Part shown: positions 13,245-26,550 of the stretch, one piece after another
Layout of the letters: the number at the start of each line of letters is the position of its first letter
Position numbering within the stretch: position 1 is the stretch's first letter
From: Octopus sinensis
Lineage: Eukaryota
Assembly (NCBI RefSeq): GCF_006345805.1
Contig: NC_043006.1
Location: 8,618,001 to 8,682,000, forward strand
Direction: 5' to 3'
DNA length: 64,000 nucleotides
Translations under genes and position numbers: made by a program
Notes under the pieces: model-generated
What the model was told of the DNA's origin: nothing
The model's database searches: none
What the model saw: the letters and a program-made list of their open reading frames with translations, nothing else

Positions 13245-13300
13245 GTTCTGCTGACGATCATTAGACGCAAGTTGTATGTGAAATCACGGTGATACAGAAC
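13245..13300 (+). ncRNA. Type I minimal hammerhead ribozyme motif, unit 2
   Basis: Stem I GTTCTG/CAGAAC, core CTGACGA, imperfect stem II closed by a GCAA tetraloop, GAAA, stem III ATCAC/GTGAT, AUA cleavage triplet (predicted cut after 13294). Confidence 0.78.
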
Positions 13301-13721
13301 ATAATTCATTTTTAAATGTCTTGCTTTGAAAAACTGCATTGGGGTGATTAGTATAATTTTTGGTAGTAATGACTTTGTCCCTCCTAGTGTGATGAGCATT
13401 TATGTGTAATAATGCCCTTTATACAATATAGATATAATTAATTTGTTCAAAAGAAAAAAATTATTTTCGGATTCTTTTCTTTTATGAGGTTTTCACGCTA
13501 GCTACCCGATAATTTCTTGTTAAGATCCCTTATTAAGAGATTATCCTTAATTGTTAAACTTATTCCGAAATACTTTTCATTACCCGACATGCAGTTCGTA
13601 AAAAGCCCGCCATTTACCGGATATATGATTTATGAACATTCCATGTGCTTGGCCGGAGTGAACAGTTGTCTGTTCGTCTTCGCTACATAAGGTTGGTTTA
13701 TTTATGATGTATTCAGAATCA

Positions 13722-13777
13722 GTTCTGCTGACGATCATTAGACGCAAGTTGTATGTGAAATCACGGTGATACAGAAC
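13722..13777 (+). ncRNA. Hammerhead ribozyme motif, unit 3
   Basis: Same 56-nt sequence as unit 2. Confidence 0.78.
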
Positions 13778-14195
13778 ATAATTCATTTTTAAATGTCTTG
13801 CTTTGAAAAACTGCATTTGGGTGTGATTAGTATAATTTTTGGTAGTAATGACTTTGTCCCTCCTAGTGTGAGGCATTTATGTGTAATAATGCCTTTATAC
13901 AATATAGATATAATTAATTTGTTCAAAAGAAAAAAATTATTTTCGGATTCTTTTCTTTTATGAGGTTTTCACGCTAGCTACCGATAATTTCTTGTTAAGA
14001 TCCCTTATTAAGAGATTATCCTTAATTGTTAAACTTATTCCGAAATACTTTTCATTACCCGACATGCAGTTCGTAAAAAGCCCGCCATTTACCGGATATA
14101 TGATTTATGAACATTCCATGTGCTTGGCCGGAGTGAACAGTTGTCTGTTCGTCTTCGCTACATAAGGTTGGTTTATTTATGATGTATCAGAATCA

Positions 14196-14251
14196 GTTCT
14201 GCTGACGATCATTAGACGCAAGTTGTATGTGAAATCACGGTGATACAGAAC
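14196..14251 (+). ncRNA. Hammerhead ribozyme motif, unit 4
   Basis: Same 56-nt sequence as unit 2. Confidence 0.78.
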
Positions 14252-14668
14252 ATAATTCATTTTTAAATGTCTTGCTTTGAAAAACTGCATTTGGGTGTGA
14301 TTAGTATAATTTTTGGTAGTAATGACTTTGTCCCTCCTAGTGTGAGGCATTATGTGTAATAATCCCTTTATACAATATAGATATAATTAATTTGTTCAAA
14401 AGAAAAAAATTATTTTCGGATTCTTTTCTTTTATGAGGTTTTCACGCTAGCTACCCGATAATTTCTTGTTAAGATCCCTTATAAGAGATTATCCTTAATT
14501 GTTAAACTTATTCGAAATACTTTTCATTACCCGACATGCAGTTCGTAAAAAGCCCGCCATTTACCGGATATATGATTTATGAACATTCCATGTGCTTGGC
14601 CGGAGTGAACAGTTGTCTGTTCGTCTTCGCTACATAAGGTTGGTTTATTTATGATGTATTCAGAATCA

Positions 14669-14724
14669 GTTCTGCTGACGATCATTAGACGCAAGTTGTA
14701 TGTGAAATCACGGTGATACAGAAC
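14669..14724 (+). ncRNA. Hammerhead ribozyme motif, unit 5
   Basis: Same 56-nt sequence as unit 2. Confidence 0.78.
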
Positions 14725-15145
14725 ATAATTCATTTTTAAATGTCTTGCTTTGAAAAACTGCATTTGGGTGTGATTAGTATAATTTTTGGTAGTAATGACT
14801 TTGTCCCTCCTAGTGTGAGGCATTTATGTGTAATAATGCCCTTTATACAATATAGATATAATTAATTTGTTCAAAAGAAAAAAATTATTTTCGGATTCTT
14901 TTCTTTTATGAGGTTTTCACGCTAGCTACCCGATAATTTCTTGTTAAGATCCCTTATTAAGAGATTATCCTTAATTGTTAAACTTATTCCGAAATACTTT
15001 TCATTACCCGACATGCAGTTCGTAAAAAGCCCGCCATTTACCGGATATATGATTTATGAACATTCCATGTGCTTGGCCGGAGTGAACAGTTGTCTGTTCG
15101 TCTTCGCTACATAAGGTTGGTTTATTTATGATGTATTCAGAATCA

Positions 15146-15201
15146 GTTCTGCTGACGATCATTAGACGCAAGTTGTATGTGAAATCACGGTGATACAGAA
15201 C
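15146..15201 (+). ncRNA. Hammerhead ribozyme motif, unit 6
   Basis: Same 56-nt sequence as unit 2. Confidence 0.78.
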
Positions 15202-15621
15202 ATAATTCATTTTTAAATGTCTTGCTTTGAAAAACTGCATTTGGGTGTGATTAGTATAATTTTTGGTAGTAATGACTTTGTCCCTCCTAGTGTGAGGCAT
15301 TATGTGTAATAATGCCCTTTATACAATATAGATATAATTAATTTGTTCAAAAGAAAAAAATTATTTTCGGATTCTTTTCTTTTATGAGGTTTTCACGCTA
15401 GCTACCCGATAATTTCTTGTTAAGATCCCTTATTAAGAGATTATCCTTAATTGTTAAACTTATTCCGAAATACTTTTCATTACCCGACATGCAGTTCGTA
15501 AAAAGCCCGCCATTTACCGGATATATGATTTATGAACATTCCATGTGCTTGGCCGGAGTGAACAGTTGTCTGTTCGTCTTCGCTACATAAGGTTGGTTTA
15601 TTTATGATGTATTCAGAATCA

Positions 15622-15677
15622 GTTCTGCTGACGATCATTAGACGCAAGTTGTATGTGAAATCACGGTGATACAGAAC
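15622..15677 (+). ncRNA. Hammerhead ribozyme motif, unit 7
   Basis: Same 56-nt sequence as unit 2. Confidence 0.78.
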
Positions 15678-16097
15678 ATAATTCATTTTTAAATGTCTTG
15701 CTTTGAAAAACTGCATTTGGGTGTGATTAGTATAATTTTTGGTAGTAATGACTTTGTCCCTCCTAGTGTGAGGCATTTATGTGTAATAATGCCCTTTATA
15801 CAATATAGATATAATTAATTTGTTCAAAAGAAAAAAATTATTTTCGGATTCTTTTCTTTTATGAGGTTTTCACGCTAGCTACCCGATAATTCTTGTTAAG
15901 ATCCCTTATTAAGAGATTATCCTTAATTGTTAAACTTATTCCGAAATACTTTTCATTACCCGACATGCAGTTCGTAAAAAGCCCGCCATTTACCGGATAT
16001 ATGATTTATGAACATTCCATGTGCTTGGCCGGAGTGAACAGTTGTCTGTTCGTCTTCGCTACATAAGGTTGGTTTATTTATGATGTATTCAGAATCA

Positions 16098-16153
16098 GTT
16101 CTGCTGACGATCATTAGACGCAAGTTGTATGTGAAATCACGGTGATACAGAAC
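16098..16153 (+). ncRNA. Hammerhead ribozyme motif, unit 8
   Basis: Same 56-nt sequence as unit 2. Confidence 0.78.
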
Positions 16154-16571
16154 ATAATTCATTTTTAAATGTCTTGCTTTGAAAAACTGCATTTGGGTGT
16201 GATTAGTATAATTTTTGTAGTAATGACTTTGTCCCTCCTAGTGTGAGGCATTTATGTGTAATAATGCCCTTTATACAATATAGATATAATTAATTTGTTC
16301 AAAAGAAAAAAATTATTTTCGGATTCTTTTCTTTTATGAGGTTTTCACGCTAGCTACCCGATAATTCTTGTTAAGATCCCTTATTAAGAGATTATCCTTA
16401 ATTGTTAAACTTATTCCGAAATACTTTTCATTACCCGACATGCAGTTCGTAAAAAGCCCGCCATTTACCGGATATATGATTTATGAACATTCCATGTGCT
16501 TGGCCGGAGTGAACAGTTGTCTGTTCGTCTTCGCTACATAAGGTTGGTTTATTTATGATGTATCAGAATCA

Positions 16572-16627
16572 GTTCTGCTGACGATCATTAGACGCAAGTT
16601 GTATGTGAAATCACGGTGATACAGAAC
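16572..16627 (+). ncRNA. Hammerhead ribozyme motif, unit 9
   Basis: Same 56-nt sequence as unit 2. Confidence 0.78.
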
Positions 16628-17035
16628 ATAATTCATTTTTAAATGTCTTGCTTTGAAAAACTGCATTTGGGTGTGATTAGTATAATTTTTGGTAGTAATG
16701 ACTTTGTCCCTCCTAGTGTGAGGCATTTATGTGTAATAATGCCCTTTATACAATATATATATATATATATATATACATGTACATTATATAACTTGGATTA
16801 AGAATAGACATATTTTAGGTAATCACCGTATAGTTATGATTTGTATCAACATAATAAATGCATATAACACAATAAATACAGTAAGACAAGTAACAAAGTA
16901 AATATATGCTTGTTTTTACTTTACGCGATTCATACCAATATTTTTTTTGGGGGGGGGACAACTGTTTAGTGCTTATGTATGTAATATTCATATATACGTA
17001 TTTGTTCACTTATCTTTGTGTGCATACATCTTGCT

Positions 17036-17230
17036 CGAGTCCACTCAGCTGGCACAAATGAGTGGTGCTGCATTACAAAGGGCCAGCCTTGTCACACACT
17101 GTGTCACACTGAATTAAAGGTGCACGTGCCTGCGGAGTGCTCAGCCACTTGGACGTTATTTTTACGAGCAAGCTGTTCCGTCGATCGTATCAGCTGAGAC
17201 CCTCATCGTCGTAACGGGACGGAGTTCTCC
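17036..17230 (+). mobile_element. Headless, diverged family A SINE fragment
   Basis: AAAGGGCCAGCCTTGTCAC...GGAGTGCTCAGCCACTT...ACGAGCAAGCTGTTCCG is homologous to 26760-26935. Confidence 0.75.
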
Positions 17231-18002
17231 TTATATATGAATAGTTTCACGCATTATGTTTGATTAAATAGCGTTTCCTCACTTCAAACCTCAATATTTT
17301 GTGATGTAGGTGCTCATGTAGTGCCTTCGTGTGTGTGTGCGTGTGTGTGTGTGTGTGTGTATTCCACACATATAGTAACAGCTATACCAACAATCCAACA
17401 TACCACCATTATCAGCTGCCACATGGATATCATTATGGTTTCGACACCTGAGCAGTACCATTCAATCCGGTGGTGTCAACAGCACTCACAATGAATATAG
17501 TTTGGGAACAAACATACCTTAGTTATCTCCATATTTATTCAATCCTAATTCTAGAGAGAATTAAACGCAAACATTATTAATTAAACTGCAAGAAATAAGT
17601 ACAAAAAGGAAAAAAAACAAAATATCGGTAGATATATTCAATAAGTAAACCTATAACGAAAGACTAAATTATCTAACTACATAGCAACCTAGCCCTTGAA
17701 GTCCATGCAGATAATATTCCCACTAGTCTTCCATAGTTATTGATATATATATACTATTGATAATATATATATTGATAATATGAAAGATTTTATATTCTAT
17801 TCTTTCCAAAACAAATACGATTGAACATAACTAATAATATAACCAATTCTCAGTCAGATACGCTATTTCATAATCCAAAAGTTAATAATTAAAACACTCC
17901 ATACGTATTGAATATTCGCTATCATTACATGCTTTCATGTTAAACTAATCCCAGTAATCTAATAGATAATAGTAAAATATAGATATAGATATAGACGTAT
18001 AG

Positions 18003-18035
<33 letters not shown>

Positions 18036-18787
18036 TGTGTAAGTGAGTGAGTGCTTGTGTGTCAGAGCGCGTGTATACATGTCTCCGTGTGCTTGTGTGC
18101 GTGACTATGCGTTTGCCTGTGTGTATGTGTATATATACACAACATAAATCCACGCACGGAAACACACGCACATACATACACATAATATATTTGTATATAT
18201 ATGTGTGTGTGAGTGTATTTTAAAAAAAGTAAAATAATAATAATAATTTATTTCATATTTATTTAGAATGGAATGATAAGATACCGTTCTTTGTGTAAAT
18301 AGTTGTGAGAATGTATCGATCTTGGTGAAAGTATCCACTGCATTGATGCATTTTAATGGTGTAGAACTGGGAATTTAAAAAGAAATCGATAGGAACCGCT
18401 CGTTAAAAATTAATGGCAAAACGATTCTTATTTGAAGTTTAAATGAAATAATGTTTTTACGGTGGAAACTACATATAGTGTAAATTGTCCTAGTTTTATG
18501 AAGCAGAAATGGAAATCGTTCTCTAATTACAGTTTTATCAGAAATGTTAACACGATTCAGAAATTAGCAGAATTACCCCATGTAAATTAATATCAATTAG
18601 GTTTATTTTTAAGTTACTAACAATTAATATTGTGACAAATTCACTTACACCGCTTTCTCGAAATTTACTAGTTAACACGAAACGGAGAACATTATATCTT
18701 TCATTGCTTGACATATTACTCTATTTGAGGCCCTAAATTATTCTTGTCGAGTCACGTTTCTCCTACATATTATTATTAATGTTATAA

Positions 18788-19140
18788 GGAAGTTTGAAGA
18801 ATTGCTTCCGTGCCGGGTAAAATTCTTAGTAGCATTTAGTCCATTTTGCACTCTAAATTCAAATACCGCCGAGGTCGATTTTGCCCTCCATCTTTTCGGG
18901 GTCGGTACAGTAAGTGCCATTTGAGTAGCGGGGTCAATGCAATCGACTTACTTCCATCCCAAAATTGTGGGCTTGCTTGGCTTGTGCCAAAGTCTGAAGC
19001 TGTTATAAGGTGACATTTGAATGCTAGATAAAATGCTTGGAGGCCTTTCGTCCGTCTTTACCTTCTGCATTCAAATGATGCCAGGGTCGATTTCGCCTTT
19101 CATCATCCGGAGTCGTTTAAATAAGTACCAGCCCTTTCCT
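18788..19140 (+). mobile_element. Two diverged family D SINE fragments
   Basis: TTCAAAT.CCGCCGAGGTCGA.TTTGCC.T.CATC..TTCGGGGTCG motif shared with 54202-54433. Confidence 0.65.
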
Positions 19141-19278
19141 GAGATACTGACGAACGAACGTCAATGAATAAAATGTTGAGAACAATATATATGCAACTTC
19201 CCTCTTTGTAAATTATAAATCAACTGTTTTAATATTTCATTACTAAAACTAATACAATACTAATATGCATTAAAATAA

Positions 19279-19490
19279 AGCGGAGAGGTGGCAGAATCGT
19301 TAGCACACCGGACGAGCTGCTTAGTGGTAATTCGTCCGTCTTCACGATCTCAGTTCAAATTTCACCAAGGTCGATTTTCCCTTTCATCTTATGGAGGTCG
19401 ATAAATTAATTTCCAGCTGAGTATGGGTCGATGTAATCGATTTACTTGCTCTCCCGAAATTGCGGGCACTGTGCCAAAATTTGAAATCAA
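19279..19490 (+). mobile_element. Family D tRNA-derived SINE, diverged
   Basis: GTGGCAGAATCGTTAGCAC head and GGTCGATGTAATCGA body. Confidence 0.75.
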
Positions 19491-20254
19491 TATTTTGTAT
19501 TGATGTTTGGTTTTCTTTATTTTATAGCATAACATATTTTAATCTATGAAATCAATTGGATTACATCTGTATTTTCCATTACACTTAATATTCTTTCCCA
19601 AACCTACTTACTGAGACCCCATTAAACTTATCTGGATACATAATCATTGATATATTTATAACAGTTACAATAATTCCCTATTATAGCGTCGCAGGTATGA
19701 GCGTAACTAGGCCGGTGTATATTAGAAGTGATTTAGTTTATTGAATTTTACATCCACATCCACGTATTGAAATGGCCAATAACTATTTTATGATCGAAAG
19801 TAACAATATAATATCTCTGAAGATTGTTTAGAACTTTAGATATTATGTCTTGCGGTACATCGTATGACGTACAGTTCCCAGATTTTTAAATTCCATCAGG
19901 GTCATAATTTACTTTTGTCGATAAATGAAATACTGTCTGTCACCTCCTCCTCCTTCAGTTTCTTCCGCTTCTCCCCCTCGTCTATTAATGGGTTACGATG
20001 TACCATAACAACAATTACTGTGATTCGTCCCTCGCAAACTTAGAATGCGTGAAAGACGGTCTGGCAATCCACTGAAGAAAATCTGATATAAACCAGTTAA
20101 ATTAACCAATGTGCAATAAAAAACAAATAACTGTTGATACTACTAATACTACTACTACTACTGAATTTTTTCAGAGGGCCATGGAGCTATATCCCAACCT
20201 ATGGTTATGGATCCTCCTACATCAGTGTAGTCATGCTACCACTGGAATTGGGAT

Positions 20255-20641
20255 TGGAAGCACTCCGTCGGTTCCGACGACGAGGGTTCCGGTTGATCCG
20301 AATCAACGGAACAGCCTGCTCGTGAAATTAACGTGTAAGTGGCTGAGCACTCCACAGACACGTGTACCCTTAACGTAGTTCTCGGGGATATTCAGCGTAA
20401 CACAGAGAGTGACAAGGCCGGCCCTTTGAAATACAGGTACAACAGAAACAGGAAGTAAGAGTGAGAGAAAGTTGTGGTGAAAGAGTACAGCAGGGATCAC
20501 CACCATCCCCTGCCGGAGCGTCGTGGAGCTTTTAGGTGTTTTCACTCAATAAACTCTCACAACGCCCGGTCTGGGAATCGAAACCGCGATCCTTACGACC
20601 GCGAATCCGCTGCCCTAACCACTGGGCCATTGCGCCTCCAC
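20255..20641 (-). mobile_element. Full-length family A tRNA-derived SINE, young
   Basis: Near-identical reverse complement of 26551-26939. A box TGGCCCAGTGG, B box GTTTCGATTCC. Confidence 0.92.
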
Positions 20642-21011
20642 CATGATACCACTACTAACCAAAAACAAAGTATAAATTTAAATGCCTATTGCGGATCTGA
20701 CACACACAGCAGATTTTGCGAATCAAATACTAAACTACAGAAGTCGCATTGATTTATTTCTCATAATGCTAGAATAACAAATTTTAGTCGCAGTTAAATC
20801 TAGCGCCAGATATCAAGTTAATAAATAGTGAATAAAAAATTAATTCACAGCCGAGAAAAATCCGTATGGAAATGAAAAATATCAAACCGAATTTAAATTA
20901 AACTCGATAGTATTCTTCTCTCGGTTGCAATTGATGACATTTTAACGTGTCAATATTAACTGTTGCATCCGCTGTAAATATTAATTTCACTGACTAATTT
21001 CAAAATAATAT

Positions 21012-21155
21012 CAGGCGTAGCTGTGTGGTAAGAAGCTTGCTTTCGAGCTGAGTCACACTGCGTGGCTCCTTGGACGAGTGTTTTCAACTGTAGCCTCGGG
21101 TCGTACAAATTATGATTAGGTTTCGTTGACGGAAAGTGAAAGAAGCCCGTCGCAC
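21012..21155 (+). mobile_element. 5' part of a family B SINE
   Basis: GGCGTAGCTGTGTGGTAAGAAGCTTGC...GAAAGAAGCCCGTCG. Confidence 0.75.
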
Positions 21156-21183
21156 ATGTACATACATATATATGTATGTATGT

Positions 21184-21269
<86 letters not shown>

Positions 21270-22401
21270 AAATGAACAAATCAAATTGTTACAAAGTTAC
21301 AGCTCTTCAAATGTTATTGCTTGAAACATAAGTAACCAGGTGGTTTACAATTTGAATCATTCATTGTACTTATTTAAAATAGATATCTATTTATCATACA
21401 AATTGTAATTGCATGGAGTATGATACATAGATGGCTATTTTGATTTAATATTACTGCTGCTGAACGCTCGTATATAATTAACGACAGTTACATTTATACA
21501 AAGAATTTCGTATCAGCGATAACGTTAGATAGATTTTTAGATTCATTGAATTTTCTGTACCGGATTAAGGAATCACATCATTCATTTGAAAGGAACTGTA
21601 GACTAACAGGCCGGTTCAATGCAGAAATAACTCTACCCAATGATATTCCAGCGATAAGCATTTATTTTTTAGGCGTACAATTTCTTAATATACATTTAGC
21701 ATTTCTTGACGGTGAGTGTTGTTTCCATTTACGTTACATTGCTACATCTAGAATGACAATTTATCACGTAGAAAGTTCTTCATAACATCAAGATATTTGA
21801 CAGTTGTTTCATAAAGAATCGAAGCATCGCTGCATATATTTAAGTAATACAGTGCTTTGAATATCAAGTTATTTTCCAGAAACGACGACTGAACATAGTG
21901 ACACGAATGAAATGCACATATTGTCATTAGTTTTTGTATAATACGATTTAAAAAATCTATAAACTGATGTATATACACGATATTAACAAATCGCAGCTGT
22001 TCTAGTCGTGTAATCTTTATTAAAAACAGTTATATTGATATTTCAAACATTAAAGTTGCAATGGTATAAAAACAGTTTCGGATGACAAGGCGGTATATAC
22101 ACTTTATAATTTTTGTTAAGATTATTCCTTTCATACACTTTAATCAAATATACAATGAAAATATCGAATTGACATTTGCTTTCGAGAGTTGATGCGAACA
22201 AGCAGAATATTTAAATTGTGTTTCTCTTTGAAAGAGTGAAATTTGTATATTTCATCATGTATTTTTTTTAAGGAATATTAAATAATTTGGATTTACTTTC
22301 AATGCTTTTTTCTTTTTTGAAAACACCTACGCACGCCAGTGCAAACACACACACACGCACATACACACATACAGATACATACATACATATATATGTATGT
22401 G

Positions 22402-22461
<60 letters not shown>

Positions 22462-22471
22462 GATACATACA

Positions 22472-22549
<78 letters not shown>

Positions 22550-22639
22550 ATCTATCTATCTATATATATATATAATATATATATATATATTCATATGCAT
22601 CTGCGTGAAGCTACCTTATTTATCTAAAGACCATTTCTA

Positions 22640-23340
22640 CTATCTGCAGACTGGGGACCAGGTAGATAGAACTTTTGCTCCACAAACTGTAGTAAAATGA
22701 GAAAAAAATTAACCCAGTTTATGGTATCCCCGCGGAAAAAATAGCAGAACTTGTTATGTTCTAAGACAACACCAAATCAATGTTAACATCCTTGATGATG
22801 ATATAATTTTTTTGAATATCAGAACCAGAGTAATCTACCGAGGACACCTTTTCACTTTGTGATCACACTACATTATATTCTAAGAACCTCACTTGACAAG
22901 CTAAACAGCTTCAGTTTCATACCCACGAAAAGAAGATCGAATGGGTATTCATTAAAAATAAATTAAATAGATGATGTTGATCATGCCTTTTGCCCTGACA
23001 CGAAATAAGACTCTATCCAATTACTTTATAATCAAGAATTAGCTGCACATGAAGTTCCACTACTTGTTATTCCCAGTAAAGCGAAATTCATTGCGTACGA
23101 TCAATAACGATCCGTCCCTAACGTCAATGGTGATATAATTAATCAAGTTAATTATTTCACGATACTCCGTTCTCAAAAATGATGTGAAAACTCGAAGAAA
23201 CAAAATATGGTCGCCTCTAAAGATATTGGATGTCCACTGTAATTCAAATCTAGCAGGAAACCTGAAGAGGAATCCAAAAAGTTACCTCAATTAATGGCGG
23301 CCAGGGACGCATGGCGTGTGACGATTAAAATGCTCGACCA
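22640..23340 (+). mobile_element. Degenerate RTE-clade LINE reverse-transcriptase fragment
   Basis: Broken frames give YGIPAEKI..DNTKSM and FVITLHYILRTSLD...RRS...IDDVDHA, matching RTE RT segments leading into the (Y)ADD motif. Confidence 0.65.
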
Positions 23341-23642
23341 AGCAAAAACACGATGACATGTAGTACATATATTTGTATATTTGAACGCTTGTGACAAAAT
23401 AATATTCTAGCGGTTCGATTTATACATAGATTAATGGTTGTTTGCATGTGGTTTATAATGCTTAGGTATGTTAAGACACACATACACACAAACACATACT
23501 CATAAACACACACACACACATACACACACACACACATATATATACTCATACGTGTATGTGTCTCTATATGAGTAGATGTGAATATACATATGTATGTGGA
23601 AACGTGCGTAGCGATGCAGAAAAAATATCTATAAATTCAAAC

Positions 23643-23713
23643 CATGGATTATTATTATTTATATTGTTGTTGTTATTATTATTATTATTATCATTATTAT
23701 TATTATTATTATG

Positions 23714-23760
<47 letters not shown>

Positions 23761-23762
23761 TA

Positions 23763-23803
<41 letters not shown>
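23643..23803. repeat. (ATT)n microsatellite
   Basis: Direct reading of the sequence. Confidence 0.95.
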
Positions 23804-24321
23804 GAGTGAGAGAGCAGTTCATGCCATCAAAGTGACACTGGGGTAAAATATACGAAGCCCAATATACCCATCATGACTACCCGTCTGATAAAGGTACACC
23901 AGGCACATGCATCACAACCATATGTGCGCGACATGGTGATCTCATATCAAGATAAACAGCACATGACCTTGCAGGTGGGGCCCAGTTAGAATTTTCTTCA
24001 GGTTGAGTAGCCCATCCCGCTCAAACGGTCCCTGAATAAGGGTTGTTTAAGGATGTTGAAAGAACCACCCATGAACTATTCAAACCCCAAAGAATCCCTC
24101 TCAACACATGGCTATGATGCTCCCCCACTACTTCTGCTCGTGGTCAGAGATGTACATATCGTCAGCCACTAAGGGACATGCTCAACTGACAAGCAAATCT
24201 GTGGTATTGAGCAGAATATTTGCTGTAGCCCATCTTTTATACCAAGACAAAATGATGTACATGGTAACACTTCCAATCAGTTAAGATCAGAAGCCATGAG
24301 AGCCACTGCCTGGTACTGCAT
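23804..24321 (-). mobile_element. Interspersed non-coding repeat, probably an (AAT)n-tailed retroposon
   Basis: A higher-GC block abutting a long (ATT)n tract. It resembles an abundant octopod repeat from memory and has no ORF. Confidence 0.4.
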
Positions 24322-24375
24322 TATTATTGTTGCTGTTTTTGTTGTTGTTGTTGTTGCTGTTGTTGTTGTTATAAA

Positions 24376-24607
24376 AGACCGCGAGCTGGCAGAAGCGTTA
24401 GCACGCCGGGGAAATGTTTAGCGGTATTTCGTCTGCCATTATGTTCTGAGTTCAAATTCCACCGAGGTCGACTTTGTCCTTCATTCTTTCAGGGCTAATT
24501 AAATAAGTAACTGTTACACACTAGGGTCAATGTAATCGACTTAATCCTTTTTTTCCGTCCTTCTGTCTTCCCTGTATGTTTGGCCCGCTGTGGGCAATAA
24601 AGAAATA
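24376..24607 (+). mobile_element. Family D tRNA-derived SINE
   Basis: GCGAGCTGGCAGAAGCGTTAGCACGCCGG head and AATAAAGAAATA tail. Confidence 0.85.
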
Positions 24608-26054
24608 AAAATTATTATTGCATTTACCCTACGTTATATCGGAAAAACTCGATGCAACTCCAAAGAACTGCTATTGGCAGTTGCTGTCAGTGTTGTAGCC
24701 AACAGAATAAAATAAGAACTATCATATGCATATTCAAAAATGTTTTCTGCAAATGAACTTAACGGATATATGTATGTACGTATACAAAATTCGAATGGAT
24801 CCAAGTAGAACCTACAAGGTAGATTAATATAGTGCCATTTTTAGCAGGAGGCAATTCTTTAGGCCACAATGATTAATCTCACTGTGTGCTAATAAATACA
24901 TGAGAGAGTAAAGAAAAAACACGAAGAAAAATGAATAAAGAAAATATTCCATTTGCGTAACGACCTGAAAATATTCGGTTATACCAGAATAATATACCTT
25001 TACATTCATATGAGAATTTTCGGCTACACATGAAAATGCCCCATCTTTTTCTACCATTGTTTAGCATTCTACATCCTAGCATTAGGTGTTAAATTATTCA
25101 TGCAAGCTATAAATCGATTGTTGCCCAGTGGGTTGTCTTTAGTTACCAAATATAATATATTTTATAATGACATCAGAATACAAAACATTAGTTGAAATAA
25201 AACAGCTACTATGAGGGTGCTCATTTGGATTCATGATTTGGTTCTTATTGACGATTCCATAATGTTTAGAGTAAAAGAATATGGTAATCCTTTAAGATGA
25301 CATTTGGAGACGAATATGTGTCGCACTCATCCTATCTATGGTGCATTGTTATTCTAACCAATCACTTGTCAAATGTTTTAAGTAAACCACTTTCGTATGT
25401 GAACTTAACTCATACCCGATGTTAGACAGAAATATAGCAAACGGTTATATATAACCTCAAATGGAAATATACTTTTAGTTGTGTTTGAAAATGTTTCATG
25501 TTGCGAATAAACGTTATAAATCAATATCATTCGAGAACATTTGTCTTATTGTATGCAGTTCTTCACATTGTGAACGTCTATAAAATTCATGTTTTACCGT
25601 ACCTTGGTGAATCTGTTGAAATTGTATCCGCTAGTGATCATTATAGCTTTTATACATTTATGCATTTTAACGTCTACTATCATTACAGCAAGGATGTTGA
25701 AGCTGTAATACGTGGATAGCGAGGTTCATATCTATGTAAGGTGTACTTTTTTCCAGAATAAAAATGGCAGCAAAATGTCATTATAAAGCATTATGTTTAG
25801 GGAGCAGGGAGAATGAAGAGGGAAAGCATTAATGACTTTCTGATATATATACGATGAACAAAATATAAGCCATAGCTGGACATCTAACTTTCTGTGAAAA
25901 GGAACTGGGAAATATGAATATCATTATTTTGTCAAAAGATCTGCCTACGCGAGTCAATAATGGAAAGCACAAAGCGATATCAACTTTCAGATATTTGATA
26001 CGTCGTATACAGGGATCAGTTTTAATTTATTGGTAGTAATGATATCACATACAA

Positions 26055-26270
26055 AGGCAGCGTGCTGACAGAATTTTAAGCACGCCGGCGAAAAGGCTTA
26101 GCAGGATTTCGTCCTCCTTTAAGTTCTTAGTTCAAATTCCATCAAGGTCAATTTTGCCTTTCATCCTTTTGGGGGTCGATCAAATAAGTATCATTTGAGA
26201 ATTGGTTTCAATGCAATTGACTAATTATCTCCCTCGAATTGTTGGCCTTGTGCTAAAATTCGAATCACAA
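26055..26270 (+). mobile_element. Family D SINE, diverged
   Basis: GGCAGCGTGCTGACAGAA...AGTTCAAATTCC...GGGGTCGAT. Confidence 0.7.
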
Positions 26271-26550
26271 GCATAAAACATCAAGTAAGTTAGCGTATTT
26301 GTACACGTGTCTCCTTTACCTTGTCTCTTCATGTATTTTTGAGGTAACAAATTAAAAAATATTACTAGAGCAAATACATCCAGGCTTATAGAAATCGATA
26401 CAGTTACATACACGTATATAGCCTTATCTGTTTCTATTTCTCTGTTGCTCTTCCCATTCTATAGTAATATTTACATATTCATATAAGCATTCATGTATGC
26501 TCATACACGCTCACTTGAGTGTTTGTATACATGCGTATATAAATATATGT

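Larger units (their letters stand above)
12597..16757 (+). repeat. Head-to-tail tandem array, ~476-bp unit x ~8.7, one hammerhead motif per unit (retrozyme/PLE pLTR-like)
   Basis: CTGACGA cores at 12780, 13251, 13728, 14202, 14675, 15152, 15628, 16104 and 16578 (spacing 471-477). Units differ almost only by small indels, and both flanks are TA microsatellites. Confidence 0.97.

Noticed and set aside
13154-16192. Repeated 78-98-aa minus-strand ORFs (MPHTRRDK...) in the tandem array
   Set aside because: Broken by indels in several units, no recognisable motif, and antisense to the ribozyme strand. Most likely a by-product of the repeat.
12597-16757. CRISPR-like or centromeric satellite interpretation of the array
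   Set aside because: No spacer variation, the unit is far too long for CRISPR, the context is eukaryotic, and the hammerhead plus inverted arm fit a retro-element origin better.
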